Counted from the whole stretch's first letter, positions 10,304 through 21,647 are shown. The stretch is 63,711 bases of DNA, filler included, from an uncultured bacterium (GCA_964449065.1; 9 parts of 9 records of this genome joined end to end with filler, not necessarily neighbours in it); one strand, 5' to 3'. The notes: generated from the letters alone by a model not told the origin. Translations and numbers: made by a program.

Positions 10304-10978
10304 CTATCTCAGGTTTTGCATTTTTTTGGTATGGGGATCATACATCATATTTTCCCCGTTTATAAAGGCGCCGTTTAAATCAAACTCGTACCGCTGCGGG
10401 CAATAAAACAATTGGGAACTGCAATCGAAGATCATTTTGGACGTGGAAACGGATGTAGCGCCTGATTCCGCCCGCGCGTTGCCGGTAAGAATCAACTGTT
10501 CGAATGATGAAGGCAGAGCGGATTGATCCAACTTTAAATTTACGATACCGCTGTCTCCGGCTGCTTTATAGGTTTCATCCTCACCGAAGGTTTGGGTTAA
10601 GACGGGTTTGTCTAAGATTAAAATATCGGATTCTTCATCGATCTTGGCGAACGGCGCTTCTACAATCAACTGCATGCCGTCGGCATATTTTTGTTCAAAA
10701 CGCATGCCGGAGAACTCGATGTTCATCAGCTTTTGTTTGGTATCGGCGATTTTCAGTTGCTCGGCGGGGGCGGTATCAATCCAAAGCGAAGCAAGGATAA
10801 CCCACCCCCAAAAGATAACCGTCCATAGAGGGGTTTTTGCCCACAGCTGCTGCGCCTTGCGCATCCACACCGGGGAATGATCCCACAACTGGGAAATAAA
10901 TTGATTCCATACCGGTTGGGATTGCAGTGAATCTGAATGAGTAATATGAGACCGTTTCGCCTTGGGTTTCTTTTTCAT
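10304..10978 (-). CDS. LptC-like LPS export protein (putative)
   Basis: Single TM then LDKP, AxxG, LILTGNA and STSKMIFD beta pattern; near lpxB. Confidence 0.5.
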   Translation of the reverse strand: MKKKPKAKRSHITHSDSLQSQPVWNQFISQLWDHSPVWMRKAQQLWAKTPLWTVIFWGWVILASLWIDTAPAEQLKIADTKQKLMNIEFSGMRFEQKYADGMQLIVEAPFAKIDEESDILILDKPVLTQTFGEDETYKAAGDSGIVNLKLDQSALPSSFEQLILTGNARAESGATSVSTSKMIFDCSSQLFYCPQRYEFDLNGAFINGENMMYDPHTKKMQNLR

Positions 10979-11131
10979 CTTCCCAAATTCCCTTTCACGC
11001 CGTATTGTAATGCAATCAAACGGAAAGCCAACGTGTTTTGAATGGAATGATGAGTGATGAGTGATATGTGTTCTTGCATCGAAGGATATGAGGTCAGCGA
11101 CTAGACTGATTATAAATAAGGGTATTGATTC

Positions 11132-13060
11132 ATGCCGTCATATAAGATGATCCTGTTGTTATTGGCATTTGCGTTGTTTTTGCTGTTATGCGGACGGGTG
11201 CGGATCGCGCCGCCGGATTTGGCATTTTATTATGCCGTACCGCAATCCATTGTGAACGATTTGGATATCACGTTCCACAATGAATATCAGCATTTCACGT
11301 TTGCCATGCATGAACTCTACCGCACGCCGCGGGGGTACCCGGCGAACGATTGGCCGGTTGGTACCGGATTGTGTTGGCTGCCGTTTTTTATATTGGCGAA
11401 GTTGCTGTGCGGCATCACCGGCATTCCGTATGAGGAAGGCGGCAGTTGGTTTGCCAAATGGGTGGTGACGTATGGCGCGACGGTATTTTACGGCTTCGGC
11501 GCAATATGGCTGACGTGGAAGTGGTGTCTGCTGGAAGGGTTGCCCAAACAAGCCGTGAGATGGGCGCTGCTGCTGCATGTGATCGGCAGCACCTTTACCT
11601 ATCATTTGTATGTCAATTCAGCGGATTCTCATGCCCCCTCGGCGTTTTTTACCGCGCTTCTTCTTTATACATGGCGGCGGATGAAAGAGAATCCTGCCCA
11701 TCAAACCTATCTGCTGCTGGGATTGATTTGCGGGTTTGCGGCGATGGTTCGTCCGCATAACGTAATGTTTATCTTGATCCCCCTTTTGTGTGATGGTTGG
11801 AAGGCGCTGCAGCAGAAATCCATTAAGCGTTATGTCTTAAGTTTACTACTATTAATAGGCGCATTTTTCGCCGCGTTTTTTCCACAGTTGGTGGTTTGGA
11901 AAGCGCTGTATGGTTCATGGCTGGCAATGCCGCGGTCAGGCGATATGCTTTGGCTGGAGCCGAAGTGGTTTGACATGCTGTTTTCTCACTACCATGGAAT
12001 GCTTTCGTGGTCGCCCTTGTTTGCGTTCGCGGTTATTGGATTGTTCTTGTCGCGTAAAGGGCTGGTATTTTCCATTCCGGTGTTGATTCAGTTGTATTTG
12101 TTCTCTAGCCATATTGCCTGGTGGGCGGGGGGATCGTTCGGCAACCGGCGGGTGATCAGTTGTATTCCGCTGTTTGTATTTGGATTGGCGCTGCTGTTTC
12201 ATCAGTTGCCGAAAAAGTGGTTGAAAGCTACGGCGGTTTTGTGCGCGCTATGGACACTTGCCCTGATGATGGCTGAAATTGGCGGTGCGCTGCCGTTAAG
12301 CCAGCCGTTATATTGGACGCAGATCTTTCAAGCCATCCCGGAAGGAATCGGGCCGGGCATCTTGTTTCATGTTTCATTGCCGCAGTGGGAAGGACATGTT
12401 TATGCGCGGTTGCTTGGCTGGTTGGCGGTTACAGTTGTTTTGATGTTGATGGGATATCTTATCTCCCGGATAAAATGGAATGGGATGAACGTTTCTGTTG
12501 CCGCGTGTGCGGGTGTAATCTTGATGGGAGTGATGAGCGGATGGACGGCATGGCGTTCGGAACCCTTGCCGGAAGCTGCGCGGCAGGAGTATATCCCTTA
12601 TGACCGCTTTAATTGGGAGGTGTATTATGAGTCGGGATTTTATCACCTCAGCCAAGCGGATTTTGATTTGGCCACCCGGAAGTATCTGGCCTCCGTGGCG
12701 CTGGAGCCCCGGCATCCGCAGCCATGGCGCTATTTGTCGATTATATGGAAAACAAAAAATTGCGATGTAATGGCCTATCAATATGCCTATGCCGCAATGA
12801 TATCAGGATACCGCAGCCCCGAATTTTTAGAGTACTTTGAGGAATTGATTACCGAAATAATGATAGATGACCGGTTCCCGCGGCATTTGTTGTACAATCA
12901 ACGGGGAATAGTACGGACGGTTTTGAATGAGTATGTTTTGGCGGGTGACGATTTTAAACGCTCGTTGGAAATCAAACCGGATTATGAACGGGCACGGAAT
13001 AATTTGGACGATTTGGAAGAATGGAAACGCGGCAACATCGTACCGATGGATTGGGAATAA
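11132..13060 (+). CDS. Multi-TM GT-C (PMT-like) glycosyltransferase with C-terminal TPRs
   Basis: Many TMs, VRPHN, HGMLSWSP, WWAGGSFGNRR; TPR-like tail. Confidence 0.7.
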   Translation: MPSYKMILLLLAFALFLLLCGRVRIAPPDLAFYYAVPQSIVNDLDITFHNEYQHFTFAMHELYRTPRGYPANDWPVGTGLCWLPFFILAKLLCGITGIPYEEGGSWFAKWVVTYGATVFYGFGAIWLTWKWCLLEGLPKQAVRWALLLHVIGSTFTYHLYVNSADSHAPSAFFTALLLYTWRRMKENPAHQTYLLLGLICGFAAMVRPHNVMFILIPLLCDGWKALQQKSIKRYVLSLLLLIGAFFAAFFPQLVVWKALYGSWLAMPRSGDMLWLEPKWFDMLFSHYHGMLSWSPLFAFAVIGLFLSRKGLVFSIPVLIQLYLFSSHIAWWAGGSFGNRRVISCIPLFVFGLALLFHQLPKKWLKATAVLCALWTLALMMAEIGGALPLSQPLYWTQIFQAIPEGIGPGILFHVSLPQWEGHVYARLLGWLAVTVVLMLMGYLISRIKWNGMNVSVAACAGVILMGVMSGWTAWRSEPLPEAARQEYIPYDRFNWEVYYESGFYHLSQADFDLATRKYLASVALEPRHPQPWRYLSIIWKTKNCDVMAYQYAYAAMISGYRSPEFLEYFEELITEIMIDDRFPRHLLYNQRGIVRTVLNEYVLAGDDFKRSLEIKPDYERARNNLDDLEEWKRGNIVPMDWE

Positions 13061-13062
13061 GC

Positions 13063-14214
13063 GTGGATAGACCGGTCAAACTATTTATATCCGTGGGGGA
13101 AGAATCGGCGGATTATCATGCCTCCATATTGGTGCGCGAACTAAAAGAACGCCTGCCGAATGTTGAGTTCTTTGGCTTTGGCGGCGAAAAGATGAAGGCG
13201 GGAGGTGTACGGATTTTATATCCGCTGCCGGAATTGGCGCTTACCGGTTTTGTGGAAGTGATCAAGCAGCTGCCCGCGATCCGTCATGTGCGGAAACTTG
13301 CCCTTGAATCTTGGGATGCGGAAAAGCCGGACGCGATCCTGCTGGTGGATTACCCCGGCTTGCATTTGCGGTTGGCAAAGCAGGCGCATGAAATGGGCAT
13401 CCCTATCTTGTATTACATCGCCCCGCAGGCATGGGCTTGGAAGGAAAACCGCGTGCATTTGATGCGAAAGGTGTTGCAGCATTTGTTTGTGATCTTTCCG
13501 TTTGAAGAGGATTTTTTTCGGCGCTTTGATATCCCCACTACCTTTGTCGGCCACCCGATGACCAAGCATTTGCCGAACCGGACGCGGTATCCCAGCGATG
13601 AGCAATTGATGAAAGAGCCGCTGATCGGGCTTTTACCCGGAAGCCGGCGTACGGAGCTGAAGAACATGCTGCCCAAGATGATCGATGCCGCCAAGTTGGT
13701 GCGGGAAGAAATACCGAACGCACGGTTTGTGTTTCCATTGGCGTATTCATTAAAAGAACCGGTGCTGCGTGAGTTTGAGATTCCGGATTGGATTGAGGTG
13801 TGCCGTGACCCGGATTATGAACAGCGGCTGCGGATGACCTTCGCGTGGACTTCATCGGGCACGGCGACAGTAGAAAATGCCTTGTTGGGGCTGCCGATGG
13901 CGGTGGTGTACCGCAGCAGCTGGATCAACGTGATGATCGGACGGTGGCTGATCCGGGTGCCGTATATCGGTATGGTGAATTTAATCGCGCAAAAGGGCAT
14001 TTGCCCGGAGTTTATTCAAGAACAGTGCCAGCCGCTGCAATTGGCACGGTACGCCTTGACGCTGCTGCGGAACCCGGAACGATACCGCGAAATGGTGGAG
14101 GATTTGCGGATGCTGCGGGCAAAGTTGTCGCCGGCGAGCGCGAATGTCACCGCGGCAGAAGCGGTGGAACGGGAACTGAGAGTGATATTAATCCAAGTTG
14201 CACATAAACAATGA
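13063..14214 (+). CDS. lpxB: Lipid-A-disaccharide synthase
   Basis: GEESAD, VDYPG, YYIAPQAWAW, FPFE, FVGHP, LLPGSR, SGTATVE. Confidence 0.95.
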   Translation: MDRPVKLFISVGEESADYHASILVRELKERLPNVEFFGFGGEKMKAGGVRILYPLPELALTGFVEVIKQLPAIRHVRKLALESWDAEKPDAILLVDYPGLHLRLAKQAHEMGIPILYYIAPQAWAWKENRVHLMRKVLQHLFVIFPFEEDFFRRFDIPTTFVGHPMTKHLPNRTRYPSDEQLMKEPLIGLLPGSRRTELKNMLPKMIDAAKLVREEIPNARFVFPLAYSLKEPVLREFEIPDWIEVCRDPDYEQRLRMTFAWTSSGTATVENALLGLPMAVVYRSSWINVMIGRWLIRVPYIGMVNLIAQKGICPEFIQEQCQPLQLARYALTLLRNPERYREMVEDLRMLRAKLSPASANVTAAEAVERELRVILIQVAHKQ

Positions 14215-14354
14215 GTGACCTTTCACGCAACCCTACGGGATAATGAAACTGTAGNNNNNNNNNNNNNNNNNNNNNNNNNNNNNNNNNNNNNNNNNNNNTT
14301 AATTAATTAANNNNNNNNNNNNNNNNNNNNNNNNNNNNNNNNNNNNNNNNNNNN

Positions 14355-16013
14355 TTATTCTTCCATGATTGTGATTCGCTGATTGGCCTTTACATTCATC
14401 CATTTCGACTTCGTTCCAGTTGACCATAAGACTTCAACTTCTTCAACTGATTCTTTATCCCCTAATCCAACATGCATAACCATACTGCTTTGGGACAGAA
14501 ACCCTGAGCCGCTCCATACGCCTTTCATGGCAGTCCAACCTTTATCGCGAATATAGACTGTGCTGCCAATGGCGAAACGGTTTGATTTTGTTCCCTGTAA
14601 GTGGATTTGCAGCCAGTTGTTTTGGCTGCCGCCATCATTGCGCAACAATGCCGCTTTGCTATTCAGGTTGTTCATCACAATATCCAAATCACCATCGTTA
14701 TCGATGTCGCCGATGGCGCTTCCCCGCCCGACTCTGGGTTGATGAAATTCTTCACCAAGATTAAATGCTTCATCGAATTCACCGGTTCCATCATTCACGA
14801 ACATTTGCGGGGGCTGGGCGTAGGTGGTATCGACATCGGGGTGGTCGGCTTCGGGGTAGACGTGTCCGTTGCAATAGAGCAAATCATCATCGCCGTCGTT
14901 ATCAAAATCCATCCAGTGCGCTCCCCAGCCGAGTGAGGCATACGTTGAATGGCCGACCTTGCTGGTGTAAGAAACATCTTCAAACATGCCTTCTCCCAAC
15001 CCAAACAATACGGAATAGGGTTCTTCCGAGAAATTGGTGACGGTAAGGTCCCACTCGCCGTCATGGTTGCCATCGCCGAAATCGGCACCCATCGAGGCCA
15101 TTTCGGTGCCGTCTTCGCTATAGGCTACACCCGCGAGAAGACCGTTTTCTTCGAATGTTCCGTCTCCATTATTCATGTAAAAATAGCTGGGCATGGAATC
15201 ATTGGCGACATAAAGTTCGGGATAGAGGTCGTGATTCACATCCGCCCATAAGCAAGTGAAGCTGTAGGCGTTTGGTACATTCAATAAGCCGGAGCGTTTG
15301 GTAACATTTTCAAATGTTCCGTCACCCTTATTGCGAAACAAGGATATTCCCTGCGCTTGATAGGCACGGGGTCCGGGGAAGACCGGAAACCCACGCCATT
15401 CGGCGGATTTAGCGGGTTCGCCGGGTTTGCGGTCTAGAGAGTCTAAATCCAGATAATCCGCAACGACTAAATCCACCCAGCCGTCGAGGTCAAAATCACC
15501 GAAGGCAGCGCCCGTGCTCAGCAAGTTTGATTGGCAGCCGCTTTCATTGATGATATCCGTGAAGGTGCCGTCACCATTGTTGCGGTAAAAGCGGTTGGGA
15601 CCGTAATTGGTAACATAGAGGTCGGTATCGCCGTCGTTATCGTAATCGGCGGCCGCGCAGCCCATGCCCCAGCCGGTATCGCCTACCCCTGCTTTTTCTG
15701 AGATATTGGTAAAGGTTCCGTCTTGATTATTCCTATACAACATGTTGGATGGCTGCGGCTTATCAAGATGTTTGTCCTCAAAATGATTGCCGTTGACGAA
15801 GTAGATATCAAGCCAGCCGTCGGCGTCGGCGTCAAAGAGAGCCACTCCCCCGCCCTTGGCTTCGATGATACTTTTTTTGTCTTGGGGATTGCCGCTGGTT
15901 TGGATGAAGTCGATGCCGGCTTCTTGGGTTATATCGGTAAACGTGACAGAAGCGCTCAGTATATGGAACGACAAAACATTCACAATGAAAAAACAGAAAA
16001 AAGTCTTATACAT
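14355..16013 (-). CDS. CRTAC1/ASPIC-UnbV family FG-GAP repeat protein
   Basis: Repeated DxDxDGxxD motifs; C-terminal SNRFAIG...GSGFLSQ...HVGLG. Confidence 0.9.
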   Translation of the reverse strand: MYKTFFCFFIVNVLSFHILSASVTFTDITQEAGIDFIQTSGNPQDKKSIIEAKGGGVALFDADADGWLDIYFVNGNHFEDKHLDKPQPSNMLYRNNQDGTFTNISEKAGVGDTGWGMGCAAADYDNDGDTDLYVTNYGPNRFYRNNGDGTFTDIINESGCQSNLLSTGAAFGDFDLDGWVDLVVADYLDLDSLDRKPGEPAKSAEWRGFPVFPGPRAYQAQGISLFRNKGDGTFENVTKRSGLLNVPNAYSFTCLWADVNHDLYPELYVANDSMPSYFYMNNGDGTFEENGLLAGVAYSEDGTEMASMGADFGDGNHDGEWDLTVTNFSEEPYSVLFGLGEGMFEDVSYTSKVGHSTYASLGWGAHWMDFDNDGDDDLLYCNGHVYPEADHPDVDTTYAQPPQMFVNDGTGEFDEAFNLGEEFHQPRVGRGSAIGDIDNDGDLDIVMNNLNSKAALLRNDGGSQNNWLQIHLQGTKSNRFAIGSTVYIRDKGWTAMKGVWSGSGFLSQSSMVMHVGLGDKESVEEVEVLWSTGTKSKWMNVKANQRITIMEE

Positions 16014-16025
16014 TTTTCATATCTT

Positions 16026-16271
16026 TTAAATGGCTTTTCGTTCTTCGGGACTGACGCCAATCGATAAAGACGCTTTGCCCCCTTCATTGGGATTCAGTTT
16101 TTGACTTAATTCAGACCAAATCATATCATACTTTTCTTTTAAGCGGTGACCATCGAATTTTCGGCCTACAATAACTATGGGGATATCGCCAGCCGGTCCA
16201 TCGGATACATCCACCACATCATTGGTGGCTTTAAAGTATCCATTCTTTACAATATCTTCTCGACAGTGCAT
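16026..16271 (-). CDS. Hypothetical protein (possibly a remnant)
   Basis: Short ORF directly upstream of the CRTAC1 gene. Confidence 0.3.
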   Translation of the reverse strand: MHCREDIVKNGYFKATNDVVDVSDGPAGDIPIVIVGRKFDGHRLKEKYDMIWSELSQKLNPNEGGKASLSIGVSPEERKAI

Positions 16272-16829
16272 GCTGGACAGTGAAAGTTTGACGGTATTTT
16301 TCCGCGAGTCCAGGTTATGCAGCCTTGTTATAGTCTTGAAGTTTCTCCATCGCCATATTTTCCGAGATCATTTTCCTCAAATTATCCTAAAAACTGGAAA
16401 CACCCCCGCTGTTATTCGCATGAATTGGCGTGTATTCGCGGTAGAAAAAATGTGGTGCAGGATTCCAGCCTGCAATAGCCTTTGTCTCCCCCAAAGCATT
16501 TGGGGGAGATGTCCGACGCAAGAAGGGCAGAGGGGGTCGCTGCCGCCGATGATAGAAACCGGGTAGCACCGGCTTCCAAACGGCAAATGAATGCGCACTT
16601 CAGCCCGTAGGGATCAACACTCTAAAAACTATAGAAACGCTTCATGAAAAAACGGGAGCAAGTCTAAGCCCAATCGAACTGCTTTTGTACGGCAGCCAAC
16701 CATTTGTACCGAAAACGTACATTTTATTTTTCTGTTGGTATAAGATTGGTACAGGATCCATCCAGCTTGATCAACCCTATCTTTTTAGTTATTATTCAAA
16801 AATACAAAATCCTTGCAGATGATTGTAAA

Positions 16830-19800
16830 ATGTATGGCGCGTTTCAACAAAAAACATTTTTTCTTTATATAATCATAATTTTGTCGATCCCTAACATTGG
16901 TTTTCCCGGTACGTTCGATTTCGAAAGCGGCACATCAGGGAATGGCACCAACACGCTTCAGCAAACCACGGGCGACGGCACTCTCACTGTTACAGCAAAT
17001 ACGGGCACTTTCAGCCTTTCACCCGGCGGTGGATTGGGTGGAACCAGCGGGCTCCTGCTATCCCCTAACGCCGGCACAATAAACTCCATCACTTTTTCCT
17101 TCTCTCCCGCGGTGGATGTCACCTCTATGTTATTTGTGGAATTTATCGACAAAAGCAGCGGCACTTATATCTTCACCGACCTATCCAGTGGAAACACACA
17201 AACCACCTTTGACGCCGCGGACTCAACCATTACCCTCGGCGCGCACAGTTTCAGCGCCACACTCAACTGGACGAGCGTAAACCATCTGCAAATCACCTAT
17301 TCCGGCGGCGGATTCTCTCCCGTGTTCGACACCATCGCCGTGACAGAAGCATCTGGTGATTCTTCCCCGCCTACACTTCCAATCAATGAAGGCATGACCA
17401 TTCTGGAAGGGGCCGGCGGCGTTATCATCAAAAGCGCATCGCTCGATGCATCCGACGATACCGATTCCGGCGCCAACCTAACCTTTACCGTAACATCACT
17501 ACCGGCAAATGGGACACTGAAAAACAACGGCAGCACGATAAGCGTGAATGATACATTTACCGAAGATGACATCTCATCCAATCTCATCACCTACGATCAC
17601 GACGACAGCGAAACCGCATCCGATAGTTTCGGCTTTAGGGTGGCAGACTCCAGCGGCAACCAACTCAACGGCCAAACATTCAACATGACCGTCACGGCAG
17701 TGAACGATGACCCCAGCGCAACCGGTATTCCCACAAATATCTCCATGACAGAAGATACAACCGCTAACGTTGATCTATCCGCCATAACGCTAAGCGATGT
17801 GGATGCCGGTTCCAACGATATAACTCTCGCCCTCTCTGCATCTGCCGGATCTCTTACGGCAGCAGACAGCGGGGGCGTCACCGTTAGCGGCTCCGGCAGT
17901 ACAGCCATAACCCTCACAGGCACGGTTTCAGAAATTGATACCTATCTCAACGCCGCGACCAACATCCAATACACACCGCCATCCAATGCTTCAGGAGACA
18001 ACGCCGCTTCCTTTACTCTGACAGCGAATGACGGGGGACATTCCGGCAGCGGCGGCGGCACCGACATCAGCCTCGGCACAGTCAACATCGATATCACCGC
18101 TGTAAACGATAATCCCACAGCAACAGGCATCCCCTCCGATATCACCGTCACCGAAGATACTCAAAGTAATGTGGATCTATCCGCCATCACGCTCAGCGAC
18201 CCCGATTCCGGCTCAAGCGGCGTCACCCTTACCCTTTCCGTGTCCTCCGGCACCTTCTCAGCCAATGACAACGGCGGCGTCACGGTCAGCGGTTCCGGCA
18301 CGTCCAGCATCACGCTCACAGGCACGGCTTCAGAAATCGATACCTACCTCAATACCGCGGCCAACATCCAATACACTCCGCCATCCAATGCTTCAGGAGA
18401 CAACGCCGCTTCCTTTACTCTGACAGCGAATGACGGGGGACATTCCGGCAGCGGCGGCGGCACCGACATCAGCCTCGGCACAGTAAATATCGATATCACA
18501 GCGGTAAATGATGATCCCGTCATCACGTTTGGCAATACTTCCTTATTGAAATTTTTATCAGGCAATCCAATTCTGTTTGCCACCCAAGCGACTACAACGG
18601 ATGCCGACAGCGCTGACTTTAATGGAGGCGGTTTGGTGGTAGAACTCACCGCTCCCTCTTCCATCAACAATAACGATTTGCTGGGAATCAGCCCGCAAGG
18701 CGATGCCGGCGGTGAAATTGATCTGAACGGCAGCAGCATTGAATTTAGCGGAAATGAAATCGCTTCATTTTCCGGCGGGATAGGCGGCACACCGCTTACC
18801 ATTACATTCACCAGCGCCCATGCAAGCCCGGCCGCGGCACAAGCGCTCATTAGGCGGTTGACGTATGAAAACACAGACACCTCTTCGGGCAGCGAAACCC
18901 GTACAGTACGCATTACTCTAACAGACGGCGACGGCGGCACCGGCAATGCAATCACTAAAGATATTACTATCAATCAACCGCCAACCGCCGCGAACGATTC
19001 CCTCTCAACCGATGAAGATACAACACTTGCAATCAACGCTTCCACGCTGACCGCCAATGACACAGACCCGGATCATGATCCCCTTACCATCACGTGGGTT
19101 TCTTCGGTCACCAACGGCACCATCTCGCAAGCCAACAACACTATCACCTTTACACCCGCGCCAAACTTTCACGGCAACACATCCTTTACCTATACCGTTT
19201 CTGACGGCAATGGAAACACCGCCACCGCAACGGTAAGCATTGCAGTGGATCCCGTAAACGATCCGCCAACCGTCAGCGATCTAACCGTTGATGTATTGGA
19301 AGGCTCATCGATCTCCGTCTCCCTTACCGGCCAAGATACAGACGGAGATTCGCTCACCTATGCATTGATCACAACTCCTTCAAGCGGTTCGATTCAAACC
19401 TTTTCTTCCGGCGGTGGTTTTACCTATATCCCCTCCTCATCGATTGAAAATCAAACCGTCCTGGCAGCGGATGTATTCACATACACCGCATTCGATGGGC
19501 AGTCCAACTCAAACGTAGGAACAATCACCGTCAACGTTCTCAACCGCAACGATCCTCCTACCGCAATGCCCAAGTCGGTCTCCCTCGCAAGAGGGGCACA
19601 CAGTTTGATTGCAATGGAGGGGAACGACCGCGATGGCGACTCGCTCAGTTTTTCCATCGCAAGCCAGCCAAGCAACGGAACCCTATCCGCCCTAAGCATC
19701 AGCAACGGTACCGTCCACTATACGCCCAATGAAAATTATACCGGAACCGATAGTTTCACGTTTACCGTTTTCGATGGAGAATTTTCATCCTCCGCTTCCA

Positions 19801-21302
19801 TTACACTGAATGTGGAAGCGCCGCCAAGCCCAACCGCCACGTTTACGCCGTCCAATACACCCACTTTAACACCTACCCCTACAATCACTCCTACATTTTC
19901 ATTCACACCAACCCACTCCCCTACCCCAACGCAAACCAACACACCCGACCCCAATGCCACCGATACCCCAACGCCCACAGCAACGCATACACCAACATCG
20001 ACACCGACTCACACGTTCACCCCCACCCCCTCACCAACCGCAACCAACACCCGGCGTCCGGAAAACACCGCCCCGGTGATTCAAGCCAACTCCATACCGG
20101 CACAAGTGCCCCAGCACTCCACTTTCACCCTCCAGTTTTTTATCTCCGATGCCGAGGGAGACCCGATCGAATTATTTTTTTCAAAAGAGGCACCGCCGCG
20201 CCGGCAAGAATCCCTCACCCAAGCCGGGGGCTTCACCATCGCGGCCTACACGATGGATACGACCCTTCTAGGCGAAGTGCAATTCACCTTCACAGCCTAC
20301 GATGGCAGCGATACCGCGGTTGTACCCATCAACTACACCGTAATCGCGGAAGCCATCCCAACACCAACTTTCACACCAGCCAGCACACCCATACTTTCTA
20401 CACCAACAAATACTCTCATACCGCCAACAGCCACAAACACTCATACTGTTACGCCAACAAACACATTCATTCCAACGCCTTCGCCCACCATAACTCTTAC
20501 TCCAACACCAACCTTCGCACCCATGCTAATGGTTTATGATCACATATTCAGTTCAACAGATATAAACACTGCGACCGATTACGATGCCGCCAACAAGAAT
20601 GAACTTTATCTCCAATGGGACCTTGATCCTTCCGGCTCTCTTGGAATCCAAAACCACCATGTTTATGTATTGATCGGCCAAACCTTTGTCTTTTTAGGAA
20701 GCACGGAAACCGAAACTTCACTGCTTTGGGAAACAGGAAATCCAACCATCCACAGCACCTTTCGCGGAACCGGCCCCGAACCGGGCCGCCACTATTCATT
20801 TTTGGTTTATGGAGTGCGGGATGGGTTCCCTGTATTCGGGCCGGTTGGCATGAATGGAGAAGTCGAAGTTCCCGTAAACATGCCCTTAACGGATGAACAA
20901 CTCAACAGTGGTATTGGATTGATTTCGTATGAAGCGGCAATTAAAGTGGAAACCGATTTAGTCAATAGCGCCATCACCATTCAATGGACAATCGATGAAT
21001 TGCTGCTGGATGATCAAATTTATAGCGCGCAAGATATCCGCGATGTACACATTTATGCGGAAGTGAACGAAGCCCCATTGGCATACGTGGGCCGGACAGG
21101 TAACGGCTCTGCCACAGAATACGAATGGCGCGCAAACAACGGCAGCATCATCACCCCTGCTTTTGCGGACGGCCCACAACCCAACACCGGTTACCGCTTT
21201 GCGGTCTTCTTCATCCTAAACGAGCGGGATGAGAATTTTGCTTTCAAAACGATCGGGCCGTGCTATATGGAGCATGAAACACGGTTCGAACCAGAAAACT
21301 AA
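16830..21302 (+). CDS. Large secreted surface protein: cadherin/Ig-like repeats, Pro/Thr linkers, duplicated C-terminal module
   Basis: Signal peptide, AVNDxP / PVNDPP repeat junctions, 402-bp tandem repeat, TPTPT linkers. Confidence 0.85.
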   Translation: MYGAFQQKTFFLYIIIILSIPNIGFPGTFDFESGTSGNGTNTLQQTTGDGTLTVTANTGTFSLSPGGGLGGTSGLLLSPNAGTINSITFSFSPAVDVTSMLFVEFIDKSSGTYIFTDLSSGNTQTTFDAADSTITLGAHSFSATLNWTSVNHLQITYSGGGFSPVFDTIAVTEASGDSSPPTLPINEGMTILEGAGGVIIKSASLDASDDTDSGANLTFTVTSLPANGTLKNNGSTISVNDTFTEDDISSNLITYDHDDSETASDSFGFRVADSSGNQLNGQTFNMTVTAVNDDPSATGIPTNISMTEDTTANVDLSAITLSDVDAGSNDITLALSASAGSLTAADSGGVTVSGSGSTAITLTGTVSEIDTYLNAATNIQYTPPSNASGDNAASFTLTANDGGHSGSGGGTDISLGTVNIDITAVNDNPTATGIPSDITVTEDTQSNVDLSAITLSDPDSGSSGVTLTLSVSSGTFSANDNGGVTVSGSGTSSITLTGTASEIDTYLNTAANIQYTPPSNASGDNAASFTLTANDGGHSGSGGGTDISLGTVNIDITAVNDDPVITFGNTSLLKFLSGNPILFATQATTTDADSADFNGGGLVVELTAPSSINNNDLLGISPQGDAGGEIDLNGSSIEFSGNEIASFSGGIGGTPLTITFTSAHASPAAAQALIRRLTYENTDTSSGSETRTVRITLTDGDGGTGNAITKDITINQPPTAANDSLSTDEDTTLAINASTLTANDTDPDHDPLTITWVSSVTNGTISQANNTITFTPAPNFHGNTSFTYTVSDGNGNTATATVSIAVDPVNDPPTVSDLTVDVLEGSSISVSLTGQDTDGDSLTYALITTPSSGSIQTFSSGGGFTYIPSSSIENQTVLAADVFTYTAFDGQSNSNVGTITVNVLNRNDPPTAMPKSVSLARGAHSLIAMEGNDRDGDSLSFSIASQPSNGTLSALSISNGTVHYTPNENYTGTDSFTFTVFDGEFSSSASITLNVEAPPSPTATFTPSNTPTLTPTPTITPTFSFTPTHSPTPTQTNTPDPNATDTPTPTATHTPTSTPTHTFTPTPSPTATNTRRPENTAPVIQANSIPAQVPQHSTFTLQFFISDAEGDPIELFFSKEAPPRRQESLTQAGGFTIAAYTMDTTLLGEVQFTFTAYDGSDTAVVPINYTVIAEAIPTPTFTPASTPILSTPTNTLIPPTATNTHTVTPTNTFIPTPSPTITLTPTPTFAPMLMVYDHIFSSTDINTATDYDAANKNELYLQWDLDPSGSLGIQNHHVYVLIGQTFVFLGSTETETSLLWETGNPTIHSTFRGTGPEPGRHYSFLVYGVRDGFPVFGPVGMNGEVEVPVNMPLTDEQLNSGIGLISYEAAIKVETDLVNSAITIQWTIDELLLDDQIYSAQDIRDVHIYAEVNEAPLAYVGRTGNGSATEYEWRANNGSIITPAFADGPQPNTGYRFAVFFILNERDENFAFKTIGPCYMEHETRFEPEN

Positions 21303-21647
21303 ACTTAAACTAAAACATAAACTAACTCATGTTACGCATACGCTATGATATGCCTATTCATCTATATGTACGCTGAATCTATCGCCCTCGCCCACCGGGA
21401 GAGGGCCGGGGTGAGNNNNNNNNNNNNNNNNNNNNNNNNNNNNNNNNNNNNNNNNNNNNTTAATTAATTAANNNNNNNNNNNNNNNNNNNNNNNNNNNNN
21501 NNNNNNNNNNNNNNNGCATCCCCGATAACAAGGTAGGTTATCTGGTGGATACCATCTATATTTCTGATGAGGAATAACGGTTTCGGATTACTTTCAAATT
21601 TAAACGGGTAGCACCGGCTTCCAGCCGGTCTCTGAATGTTAAATACT

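Noticed and set aside
19820..20520. ACx/CCx-rich low-complexity repeats
   Set aside because: Encode ordinary Pro/Thr linkers within the surface protein.
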